Translations under genes and position numbers: made by a program | In this document: one piece after another, positions 12,272 through 23,830 of the stretch | Position numbering within the stretch: the stretch's first letter is position 1 | Layout: every line of letters starts with the position of its first letter | Source of the DNA: the human T2T-CHM13v2.0 reference genome, Homo sapiens | DNA length: 64,000 nucleotides | Reading direction: 5' to 3' (one strand) | NCBI RefSeq assembly: GCF_009914755.1 | Contig: NC_060945.1 | The notes under the pieces: generated by a model | The model's input: the letters and a program-made list of their open reading frames with translations, nothing else | What the model was told of the DNA's origin: nothing | Database searches by the model: none

Positions 12272-13680
12272 TAATTTTTTCTTCTGTATTATTCAATTTA
12301 CTCATATTACTTCCACTAATTTTTTAATTTCATTTATTGTATTTTTCATCACTTGAAATTGCATTTGGTTCTTTTAAATTTATTCAATTCTGTCCTCACT
12401 ATGTTTTTATTTTCTTTTAAGTACCTAAATGTATTTATAATACCTGTTGTAGGGTCCTTGTCTGCTAATTCCATAATCTCTGTGTATTAGTCCATTCTCA
12501 CACTGCTATAAGGACATACCCAAGACTGGGTAATTTATAAAGGAAAGAGGTTTAATTGACTCACAGTTCAGCATAGCTGGGGAAGCCTCAGGAAACTTAC
12601 AATCATAGCAGAAGGGGAAGCAAACACATCCTTCTTCACATGATGGCAGGGAGAAGAAGAATGAGAGCCAAGTAAAGGGGGTAGCCCCTTATAAAACCAT
12701 CAGATCTCGTGAGAATTTACTCACTATCATGAAAACAGGATGGGGGAAACCACCCCCATGATTCAATTATCTCCACCTGGTCCCTCCCACAACACATGGG
12801 GATTATGTGAACTACAATTCAAGATGAGATTTGGGTGGGAACACAGCCAAACCATATCACTCTGTCCTTTCTGATTTGCTTCTAATGGTTAATATTTCTC
12901 CTAGTTATTATTCACGTTTTCTTTTTGCTTCTTGTAGTTTTTAGCAGGATACTATAAATGGTATGTTTTGGGGCTTGCATTTTGCCATTTCCCTTTATAG
13001 AGTGGTGGGCTTTGTTTTGAAAAACATCTAAGTCATTTGAAGATTAGACTGATCCCTTGGAGACCTGTTTTTGTTTAAAGCTTTTCTAGGGTAGATGTAG
13101 AATAATGTTGCTCCACCAATAATTTGGTCCTATCAGTACTGCGTGACTGCCCTGGGGTACTCAGTGACCACTCCAGGGTGTTGCTGAGGACTCTCCACTC
13201 TGACAAGCCAGACCATAAACATCTGCCTTCCTTGTGTGATGGGCATTCAGTCAGCTCACAGCTCACTGGTCATGCTTTGCCCATCTTTGTTGACATTCAC
13301 TCTGCACAGGAACAGCCTAAAACTCAGCAAACACTCATGAAGACCCTCTGCAAATTTCTGCAGTGGTTTCTCTGGGTAGTTCCCTCCACTTTGGAAATCA
13401 TCTTTACAATGTCTTATAGGTTCAGCCTCCTTGAACTCTGATCTCTATCCTTTCAACTCTGAGGCCACTGGGCCCCGTTCGGGTTGCTGCTTCTGCGACC
13501 ATGGTCTGAAAAACGCCTCCAGGTAGAAAGGTGTTTATCTGTTGTTAGGGATCACAGTACTGTGCTATCTATTGTCCAATGTCTGAATACAGTTGTCTAA
13601 TCTATTTTGTCCTGTTTCGAAGCTTTTTATAGGAAAAGAAGTTCATGTCTTGCTATTTCCTCATGGCCTGAGGTGAAGTC
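12272..13680 (-). mobile_element. Continuation of the old L1M element
   Basis: ttcttctgtattattcaatt... continues tctacaagttcattgatct from before the provirus. Confidence 0.75.
12483..12859 (-). mobile_element. THE1 (THE1C/D-like) solo LTR, ERVL-MaLR
   Basis: tgtattagtccattctcacactgctataag...cagccaaaccatatca with perfect 5-bp TSD CTCTG (12478-12482 and 12860-12864). Confidence 0.95.
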
Positions 13681-14072
13681 CTCCTTATTTTGTTCACTTC
13701 CCTTTGTTTCCATAATTATTTCTCCCTTATCATTTCTTTATATTTGTGTTTTCTCCCTTATTTTCTTAAATAGGTTTGTCTGCTTTGTTGTTTTTTTAAT
13801 GAACTAAATTTGAATGTATTATACCTACTGTTTTTTAAGTTTCTAACTCATTAATTGTTGCTTTTATCTATTATCTCCTTTCTTCTGATTTTTTTTTGAG
13901 TTTGCTTCCTAAAATCTGTTGAGTTTGAAACACTTATATATTCTGTTTTTAAATTTTTTTAAATTTTTACTGAGGCTAGGACTATACTTCATATAATGAG
14001 TGTACCATGAATAAATCTGTGTCAAGTGAACAATCTTCTTGGTGACATTCAAATAGGAATCTCATGCATTAC

Positions 14073-15020
14073 TTTTTTAAATAACAGCTTTATTGAGGTT
14101 TAACTCACCTATCACAAAATTCACCTTTTTAAGGTTTACAATTCAGTGGTTTTTAATGTACTCACAGAGTTATACAACCTCACCACTCTCTCATTTTAGA
14201 ACATTTTTGTCACCCTAAAAAGAAAAACTGCACCCATCGGCAGTCTTTCCCCATCTTACCCTCAGTTCCTGGCAACTACTAATCTGTTTTATGTCCCAAT
14301 GGACTTGCCTTTTATGGACATGCAATAGGAATGGGATTATACAATTTGTGACATTTTGTGACTGGTTCCTTTCATGTACTGTTTTCAAGAGTCATCCATG
14401 TTTAGTATGTATCAGTACTGCCTTCCTTTTTATGGTGAATGATGTACCATATTTGTTTATCTTTTATCAGTTGATGCATATTTGGGCTTTTTGACTCTTT
14501 GGCTATTATGAATAATGCTGCTTTGAACATTTGCATAGATGTTTTTGCATCAACATATGTTTTCAGTACTCATGGGGCCGAATTGCTGGGTCATATGGTA
14601 ACTTTAACTTTTTGAGGAATTGCCAAACTTGTTTCCAAAACAACTGCATAATTTAAATTCCCACCAACAATGAATGAGGGGTCCAGTTTCTCCACATCTT
14701 TGTCAACACTTGTTATTGTCTTTTTTTTTTTTAGTTTAACCATCCTAGTGGTGTGACGTGTATCACATTGAGGTTTTGATTTGCATTTCTCAAAAGACTA
14801 ATGGTGGGCATCTTTCCAACGTGCTATTGACTATTTGTATATCTTACATTTTATCTTACATTTTCAATTCTTACATCTAGACTTCTGTAAGAGGCCTATG
14901 ATCCATTTTTTTTATGATCCATTTTGAGTTAAGTTTTGTGTATGCTATGAGGTAAGGTCCCAACTTCATTCTTTTGTATGTAGATATCTAATTGTTCCAG
15001 CACCATTTGTTGAAAAGCCA
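14073..15020 (-). mobile_element. L1MB/L1MC 3' region
   Basis: ttttttaaataacagctttattgagg...gaattgctgggtcatatggtaac...ccagcaccatttgttgaaaag. Confidence 0.88.
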
Positions 15021-15611
15021 TGCAGCATTTTTGTCAAAGAAAAAAGTCTCTAATATATAAATGGCTATAATTTTATGAAATCATAGCACATTGCCTCTAG
15101 AATTCTGCTTAGAAGTAATTTATTTCAAATGTCCTCAAACGGGTCAGCTAATTTACCGAGAGCATCGATTCTGCCCCCAGCTCATGCCCCCAGGATCTAT
15201 ACCAACCTAGAAACTGTGCAGCTGGTCCTCTACTGTGTTGATGATCAGAATTCCCTTCTCCTTTTTCTCCCCACATATTTTTATTTCCACCTTGATACTA
15301 AAACTCTCAGAAAACTAGTAGATGTGCAGGGATCAGGGGAGTGATGTGGTGTGAAGGGTTTAGGGAGAAATTGTTAGTAACACATTTCATTTGAGAAAAT
15401 AAATTTCTTTTAGGGAAGATGAAGGCAAGAGGAGCTCTAGAGTGAGCAAGAAGGGATTGGTGATTTTTTTTTTATATCATTCTTTGGCACAGAGTTCTAG
15501 GAAATCAGTTGTGTGATAGGAGACCCACTCCTGTATAGCAAAGCTACCATGGATGAAGGCCTTCTAGACCTGGGATTGTAGGAGTTCTAACCATCACTAA
15601 ACTTCTTTAGT

Positions 15612-16125
15612 GCGGCAGATTTTTCGCTGACTCCACTGCCATTCCTGCTTGATTCTAGTGAGGCTTCTGATATAACAATGCTAGAAAACTAAAAACCCCA
15701 CTTACCAGAGCCAGGATTTTGTACGTGGATGAGATTCTTCCAAGCAGATGTCCACATACGAGACTAGGAGGGTTTGAGCAATGGGAGGCAGTGGCCAGGC
15801 TCAGGGACACTGGAGGTCTTTGCAAGCAACAGACACGTTGGTTCTCCTGGGGCAGTTCTAGAAGAGTTTCCAGAGTCTGGTTCCTAGAAACTTAGGTACG
15901 GAGCAGTACGTGGTGGCAACCATGGTGTTTCCACTAGAAGAGCTCCATGTAAGATGGGGCATTTCCCTTGATTGCCATTGTTTCTAAGTGTGCAGCAATC
16001 AAATCTTATTTCCTGGGTCCTGGTGAAGTTCTGTAAGAATCATCGTATCATCTGATAAATCATTTTCTTCTCAGAGTAACCAGAGTGCATTCTGTTGTCT
16101 GCCACTATGAGCCATAACCAGTGAC
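15612..16125 (+). mobile_element. LTR33-like ERVL LTR
   Basis: gctagaaaactaaaaacc...agatgtcc and 3' end ataaatc...ccagagtgcattctgttgtctgccact. Confidence 0.6.
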
Positions 16126-16656
16126 CTCCTTAACAAAGATAGGGAAGTTAACACATTCTTACGTAGGCCATCATCAAGGCTAGATAAATGTTTCTTCTAA
16201 GAGTAAATCTAAAAGGAAAACATCAATATGTGCCATTGGGAATAAAATATTTTTTAAAAACTGAAAGAAAAACAACCCCAACAACTCAGAAGGGGATGGA
16301 GAGACTTTTGAAGATGATTTACTGCACAAACCAGAAATAAATTATTTTGGAAACTCAAAATGATTTACTAGAGATACCAGAAGTAAATTATTTTCGAAAC
16401 AGTGTGCCATCACTAATAGAATACACAAAGACAGCAACTCCATGAAACAAAATCAGAAACCAAAACCAAAGAACAGGCTGCAAAGGAAGGGGAAAGAAGA
16501 TGAGCATTAAAGACAGAAAGATGGCAGGTTGTGTGCTCCACAAGGAGCACATTTTGCACTAACACCACAAGAGTCTGGCTCAGTGAATGGGGATTGATAG
16601 TAGTTTAAATGTCTGAGAGCTTTGAGGAGGGATTAAAACATGTGAAAAATGGAGAC

Positions 16657-17087
16657 GAGCTCACTCCACAGGTCTGATGTAGGCGATGCTGGCCCAGGAA
16701 GTTCTGTGCATGGTGGCACCCCTGTGACACCCATGGAAGGCCATGTCTGATCTCCAGTTCCACAGAGATCCTGAAGAGACAGAAAGGGAAGAGCAGCTGC
16801 TGCGGAAAAGGTTGTGGCCAGGGAGGAATTTCAGGGAGAATGGACTGCTCCAGTTCCTGAGTTGACTGCTCTCCAAGCTGAGGCTGCAGACTGGGCTATA
16901 GGTGTAGGTGGCCTCTGGGCCCATTCAGCTGATCCCTACTGAAGTCTAAGGGGCTCAGTCTCCCACTGAAGGCTGATCTGCAGCTCCCACTGCCCAGCCA
17001 CTGAGGGGTCTTAACTGTTTTTCCACAGGCTCTTACACAGAAAACAGAAAAAAGGTGAATGGAAAATTAACATCAGTTTTTTAAAAA
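16657..17087 (+). pseudogene. RPSAP64: 5'-truncated processed pseudogene of RPSA (40S ribosomal protein SA / 37-kDa laminin receptor precursor); probably RPSAP64
   Basis: Intronless match to the RPSA C-terminal CDS (AHSVGLMWWMLAREVLRM...HPWEVMPDL..RDPEE..KEE...[12 protein letters not shown]...SAAPTA) plus 3'UTR (...ggaaaattaacatcagttt). Premature TAG and frameshifts. Flanked by TSD aaaaatggagacgagc / aaaaagtaagacgagc. The RPSA identity is firm; the locus number is from recollection. Confidence 0.92.
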
Positions 17088-17469
17088 GTAAGACGAGCCA
17101 AGACAACCAGATGAGAAGATAAACATGATTGGTGAGATAAGAAAGGATTCTAAGAAAACAATTGCAATAAGATAAATATGTTTTAGAGGAGGCTGGGAGT
17201 ATAGTGTCAAATTTGATGTAGTGCAATATTTGGCTCTTTAAAAAATATAATAAACCCTAAGCAAATATAATTAAGAAAACAGAAAAAATGAACAAATAAC
17301 AAAAGAGAAAGGCAAAATGATAAGCTTCCGATAAACATAAGCAGGAAAAATGGGCAAATAAGAAATCAGAAATAAGAAATGTCAAGGGAAAAAAGAGTTG
17401 GAAGGAGAAAGGTATAATAACAGAAATGGAGGCAACATATCAACTGATTATAATGTATGTACTCAAACT

Positions 17470-17800
17470 GTATAAAAGCAAAAGATCATTGGAGAAACAT
17501 GAACATTGAATGAATATTTGATGACATCAAGAAATTATTGCCAACGTTTTAGGTAGGTAGTGATATTTTCACTATTTTTAGGTCCATATATTTTAGAGCT
17601 ACATGATGAAATATTTAAAGATGAAATTATGATGGTGGAATTTGTTCAAAATAATGGGAGAGGGGGTGGCAGTGAATGACAAAATGAATGGGGATATAAG
17701 TAGAATGAAGTTTTCATGAACTGACTAATGTTGAAGCTAGAAGATGGGACAATAGTTAATTGTACTATCTTCTCTAATTTTATATAATAAAAAGTTTTTA
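17470..17800 (+). mobile_element. L1MC/MD 3' end fragment
   Basis: gaatatttgatgacatcaagaaattattg...gaaatatttaaagatgaaattatg...ataataaaaagtttttaaaa. Confidence 0.7.
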
Positions 17801-17819
17801 AAATTAAACTGAGCTGAGA

Positions 17820-19160
17820 ACAAAAGTGATAGGAGATTATGATATTCTACCTTGCAAAATATAATTTAAAATCTTAAAATTAAGCACACTTTTCTGGGCA
17901 TGTTACCAAAATTGACATAAGAGAAAAATTTAAATGTGAATATATTACTAGCCACAAAAGAAATTTAAAATACAATTAACATATGTCAAAAGTTTCTTTC
18001 ACAAATTTGAGGAATCAGGTTGTATCAACTCTTCTAGAAAATAGAAAAAGATGGAAAGCTACACAATCGATTTCATGAAGCTAAATTAATCTTGATTTCT
18101 GTACCTAACAAAGATAATGCAATAAAGAAAAGAAAATCATGAGCTAGTCTCACTTAGGAGTAATTTTTAAATCCTAAATAAAGTAGCGGCAAAATAAATA
18201 GTATCCTAAAGGAATTTTCTATCATGATCAAGGAAAGCATATCTTATCTTGGGAATGCAAAAGCATTCAATTTTAGAAAATTCAACGTTATAATACTTTA
18301 TGTCAGCGGTCCCCACATTTATTAGGATTTAAAGGGCATTAAATAACACCTAAAACACATTCTCACATTGTTAAAAATCCTTAGGGAAAATGAGAACTCA
18401 AGGATACTTCTTTCACATCATAATTATGTAAACGTAAACAAGTGGCCAGCATATGAAACATTAAAAGTATTCCTGTTAAAACCAGAAACAAGGCAGGTGT
18501 GTCTACTATTTCACCTTGCTCAAGAAGATCAGAGTCATGTAATAAGACTGGAAGTAGAACTATGAACCATAACTAAGAGAAAGGAGGTGATTAAAAGTTC
18601 ATTATAAACTAACAACATGGCTGGATAACCTAAACACCCAAGGGATTCAACTCTAAGCACTTTGAATTGAAAAAAAAAACAAAGTAAAGGGACCAGATTA
18701 AAAAATAATAATAAACGTACAACAGTCCATTGCTTTTCCATACACCAACATGAAGCAAACAAAAATATACTCTCATTGGTGAAAAAGATTTCATTCTTAT
18801 TCAGAACATGAAGAAAAAAAAACTATTGAGATACAATACAAACATAATCAACAAACAGAACAAAATGAAATGCTACACAGCCGGTAAAAATCTGTAACAG
18901 TAAGTGAAAATCACTCTGGAGAAAAAAATAAAATAAAATAAAAAAACAAACAAAGCCCAGTATCCATGAATATATTCACTATGATTCTTTTTTTATAGAC
19001 TACAGGTTAGATATAATGTTAGAAAATAAAAACAAAAATAATGGCAAGTAAACCTATGAGATTTTAATAGTAATTATTTTTGTGAGATCAATTTTTAGAT
19101 CAACCTTATTTTCTGTATGCATTCATGCTATATTATCTACAACAAGCAAGTATTACTTTT
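17820..19160 (+). mobile_element. Degraded L1ME-type ORF2 fragments
   Basis: ctcttctagaaaatagaaaaagatggaaagct...tcatgatcaag...gggaatgcaa...agaaacaaggcaggtgtgtctact. Confidence 0.65.
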
Positions 19161-19999
19161 GAGATCAGATCAGGAAAGAATTTTAATTTGTTGAGTTGAC
19201 TTGAGATAAAAAAATTAACCAATAAATTCACTGGCTACATATGATTTTCAAGATTTCTGAATCACCCTGGGGATGAGAGCTTTTCTAAAACATGGGGTTA
19301 GCACACAGGAGCCATAGGTCTGAGGCAAAGTTCAAATGGATGAGAATGGAAACGTTGCTCTGGCTTACCCAAGCTGGCCAGTCTGTCTAGAACTAATTTA
19401 AGAACATAAAGATGACATCATTGCAGGTGTTCTTTCAAAGTGGAGCACCCATTTATAATGCTTCTGGCTGACAAAATTGGAAAGGAGACAAGGTTTAAAA
19501 AGCCTCAGATATTCTTTTTGTCGATGCTCACCATCTTTATCTTCAAATAAAACTATTTATATTTCTTCTGTCTGCCCCTTGGGCTCTGGTTCTTGGTTAA
19601 GAAATGTCTCATAAATTTCAGAAGAGGAGGAAAACAGAAGGTGATGGTACAGAACATTCTATTTTCAAGACTATAAATATTTCAACTTCTCGAAGAGATC
19701 ACCTATCATGAAAACTTCAGATCTTCCTAAGTAAGTCTTATAAAAATTAACTATAAAGTTTATGACAGTTTCCACAATCAAGTACTGTATGCCAGATTGG
19801 CTTAAAGCATTTAGAAATGAGCAGCCTGAATGTTGGCAAAAGGTCACATACTGGAAAAGAGTAATGTCCAATTCAAAAAGTGAAAAGTAAGAGACGCTGC
19901 CAATCCAAAAATTGAATGCCCAAACTTTACTGAATTCTGTTAATAAAATCAACAAGTTGTTCCACTGTACAGGCAGGGTTACTACTTTATGCTGATAAT

Positions 20000-20100
20000 C
20001 CAATAAGTGTTTATTAAGCACCTGCTATTTACAAAGCACTGTGCTGGACGCTGTAGAGAGAATTGATAAAATATCTCAAGGAACTTAGAAGGTAACCAGG
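20000..20100 (-). mobile_element. L2 3' end fragment
   Basis: aagtgtttattaagcacctgctat...gcactgtgctggacgctg. Confidence 0.65.
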
Positions 20101-20119
20101 GAAAAGGACAAGTACAAAA

Positions 20120-21022
20120 ATAAATAATAGAACTCTTACCAATTAACGTGAGCAACCAAATAACCTGATTTTAAACATGGGCAAAAGAACAGACACTTAA
20201 CAGAAGAACATGTAGGAATGGTCAGGAAGCACATGACAGGTCGCTCAGCACCATTAGTCATCAGAGAAACGGAAATTAAAACTACATCAAGATGCCATTT
20301 CACACCCACTAGAGTCGCTCAAATAAAAATGATTGACAATGCCAAATGTTGGCCAAGATGTAGAGAAACCGGAACTATCTTATATTACTAGGGGAGAGTA
20401 ATGGTACAATCATGTTAAAAAACTGTTTGGCAATTCTCTTAAAGCTACCCTATTGCCCAGCAATTCCATTTCTAGGTATGAATACTTACCCCAAAGAAAT
20501 GAAAACCTATGTCTACAGAAAGCGTATGCAAGAATGTTTATAGCTGCTTTATTTACAATAGCCTTCTTCCCCAAAATGACAAATGTCCATCAACAGGAGG
20601 ATGGGTAAACAAACTGTGGTATAGTCATACAGTAGAATACTATTGAGCAATTAAATAGAACAAGTTACTAATAGGTGCAACAACATGGGCACATCTCAAA
20701 AACTCCACTTTGAGAGACAGAAGTCACACACACAAAGAATACATGTTGGAAGAATTCATTTGTTTGAAACTCTAGAACAGGCAAAACTGTTCTATGAGGT
20801 TAAAGCTATGGTGATAGAAGTCAAAAAGTGGCTGCCTCCAAGATTGTGGGGGTGGATCAACAATTCACTGGAAAGGGAGAGAAGAGGAAGTTCTGGGGTG
20901 GTGGATGTGTTCTGAATCTTGATTGGGATGATGGTTACACAGGTGTACAATTGTCCAAACTTATCAAACTAAGCATGTAAGATCTGTGCATTTTGTTGTA
21001 CTTAAATTATACTTCATTTTTT
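20120..21022 (+). mobile_element. L1ME 3' region
   Basis: aaatgttggccaagatgtagagaaaccggaact...cccagcaattccatttctaggta...aaatgtccatcaacagg...aaattatacttca. Confidence 0.85.
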
Positions 21023-21727
21023 AATACTCAGAAAAGGTAAAAATAGAAACAGTAGACATTTGACAGTTGTGAGTTTGCATTGCAAGGACTACAAAATTCC
21101 TCAAATTTGTTAATATCACCATAGAACAGGACTTCACAATAAAATGTTCACTTTCGCATGAAAGGGAGGAGGTCAGGGTGAGTATGGGATGATGAAGCCA
21201 CAGTGACGCCAGATGCCAGGTGAAAACAGGAACCCACCTCTGGGGCCCATTCCTGTAGTGCCTGAGACTCAAAGTTGGGCCTCATAAAAATTGTAACTCA
21301 TCGCACATCATGAATCTCTACACTAGCTTACAAAGGCTCAAAAGGGAGGATTTTAAATCCAAAAATGTAACTACTGTACAAGATAGAATATTAGAAACAT
21401 GAGAAGGAAGTTATAATATTTTAAATGAGGTCTAAAATGACAGCTAAATCTCTCCTCCTGAGTAGTAAAACCACATTAACTCATATAGTCACCACTCCTT
21501 GTATGAGTCTGGCCCCATCCAAAAGGGGTGGAGTTTAAATTGGTTCTATGATTTGAAACAAACACATGGAAAGCCCTACTGGGATATTTATTAGCTACAT
21601 TAAGATACACCCCTTAAGAACCTTTAAAAAAACTCTACCATGTTATCTGGTGTAGTTCTGCTCAGGATACCTTGTGGGAATATAAATGACAAAAATTTAA
21701 AATTGCCTTAGAAAAGAGTTTTCACAT

Positions 21728-22437
21728 TGCTATGATCCAAATGTTGGTGTCTTCCCAAAATTCATATGTTGGAACTTAATGCCTGATATGGTCTGGCTGT
21801 GTCCCCACCCAAATCTCGTCTTGAATTATAGTTCCCATAATTCCCACATGTTGTGGGAGGGACCTGTTGGGAGATAACTGAATCATGAGGGCGGTTTCCC
21901 CCAGACTGTTCTCGTGGTAGTGAATAAGTCTCACAAGATATGATGGTTTTATAAGGGGAAACCCCTTTTGCTTGGGTCTCATTCTCTCTTGCCTGCTGCC
22001 ATGTAAGACGTGACTTTCGCCTTCCACCATGAATGTGAGGCCTCCCCAGCCACGTGGAACTGTGAGTCCATTAAACCTCTTTTTCCTTATAAATTACCCA
22101 GTCTCAGGTATATCTTTATCAGCAGGTGGAAATGAACTAATGCAATGCCCAGTGTGATAGTATAAAGAAGTGGGGCCTTTTGGAGGTGATTTGCTCTTGA
22201 AGGCTCTGCCCTCATGAATGGGATTAGTGCCCTTATAAAAGAGGCCTGAGAGGGCCTCCTTGCCCTTTTTGCCATGTGAGGACACAGCAACAAGGCAGAG
22301 AACAAGTCCTTGCCAGACACAAATCTTCCTTGATCTTGGACTTCCCAACCTCCAGGACTGTGAGCAATAAATTTCTGTTGTTTATAAATTACCTAATCTA
22401 AGGTGTTATGCTATAGCAGCCCAAATGGATGAAGACA
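21728..22437 (+). mobile_element. MST-type MaLR solo LTR, split by a THE1 insertion
   Basis: tgctatg...cccaaaattcatatgttggaactta / cagtgtgatag...gaagaca; TSD CACAT (21723-21727 and 22438-22442). Confidence 0.9.
21784..22144 (+). mobile_element. THE1B-like solo LTR nested in the MST LTR
   Basis: tgatatggtctggctgtgtccccacccaaatctc...aactaatgca; TSD ATGCC (21779-21783 and 22145-22149). Confidence 0.95.
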
Positions 22438-22784
22438 CACATATTAGGCAATAATTATGTCAGTTAAATTTGGTGTGTTTACACCAAACGTCTTCAACAT
22501 TTTCCCTGCCCTAATATTTGCAAGGAGCACATTAAGTATCTGCCCATTAGCACAGATGCCTCCATAAGGCAGTGGTGTTAAAAGGAGGGGAATGGTGTAA
22601 AGATGTTCCCCGGTTGGTGGCAGGGGTAGGGGGTATGATATATAGTTTCCCTCCCCCACCATGAGAATTACTAATTCAATAAGGAATTAAATTAATCAAG
22701 TGCCAATATGCTTATTATGGCTTTTGTTTTTGCTTTTGGTTTTTTGCTCAGGTTCGAGGGCATCTTTGATTTTTCTCATTCTTC

Positions 22785-23366
22785 CCAAGACCTTACATGG
22801 TCTGGCCCCCGCATTCCTCCTTTGCCCCAGCCTCCTACTTTCCCCCCTCCCTTAAGACCCAAGCTGCACTGGCCTCCTTGCTATTTCTTGAACATGTCAG
22901 ATGCTCCTGCCTTAACACCTTTGTGGTGGCTGTTCCACCTGCCTGAACCCCCTTTCCCAGACACCCCAACGACTAACTCCTTTACCTCTTGCAGGCTTTC
23001 TCATAAAGGTCATTCTCTTAGAAGGGCCAACCTTGACCATTCCTATTTAAAACTGCAATCTGTCCTCTCACAGGCAAGGCCTATGCCCTCCTTCCTCTCT
23101 CTGCACTCCTTTCTTTCCAGTGCACTCATCACCTTTGACATACTGTGACTTTTTTTATCTTATTGTGTTTATTGCCTTATTGTGTTATATGTATTATCTA
23201 TTATATTATTATCTTTTATTTTTTGTTTATTGCCTGCTCCTCCTGCTACAACATAAGTGCTCCGTGGCAGGTGTCTTTGCTCATTTTACTAACTTCTCTT
23301 AAGCACCTACGACTCAACCTGTCACATAGCAGGTGTTCAACAAATGTTTATCAAGTGAATAAATGT
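22785..23366 (+). mobile_element. L2 3' region
   Basis: tggtctggcccc...cactggcctccttgctatttcttgaacatg...cacatagcaggtgttcaacaaatgtttatcaagtgaataaatg. Confidence 0.85.
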
Positions 23367-23395
23367 ATTCTTTTCTATGCTTCTTTAAATAAATA

Positions 23396-23830
23396 CAGCT
23401 GACCCTTGAACAATGTCGAGGTTAGGGGTGCTGACCCCACACACAGTCAAAAATCCACATATGACTTTTGACTCTTTCAAACTTAACTACTAATAGCCTA
23501 CAAGTAGTCTTACCAATAACATGAACAATCAATTGATATGTATTTTGTATGTCATCTATATTATACACTGTATTCTTACAATAAAGTAAGCTAGAGGACA
23601 GCAAGTATTATTAAGGAAATCATAAGGAAGAGAAAACATACTTACTATTCAGTAAGTGGGAATGGATCATCATAAAGGTCTTCATCCTTGTCATCTTCAT
23701 GTTGAGTGGGCTGAGGAAGAGGAGGAGGAAAAGGAGTTGGTCTTGCTGTCTCAAGAGTGGCAGAGGTGAAAAAAATCTGCCTAGAAGTGGACCCACAGAG
23801 TTCAAACCTGTGTTGTTCAAGGGTCCACCG
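23396..23830 (-). mobile_element. Tigger2a-like (TcMar-Tigger) non-autonomous DNA transposon
   Basis: TIRs CAGCTGACCCTTGAACAA / TTGTTCAAGGGTCCACCG, TA on both flanks, 435 bp. Confidence 0.88.

Noticed and set aside
16661-16924. 87-aa minus-strand ORF
   Set aside because: It is the antisense frame of the RPSA pseudogene.
22708-23148. 146-aa ORF
   Set aside because: Lies mostly within a decayed L2 element; no coding signature.
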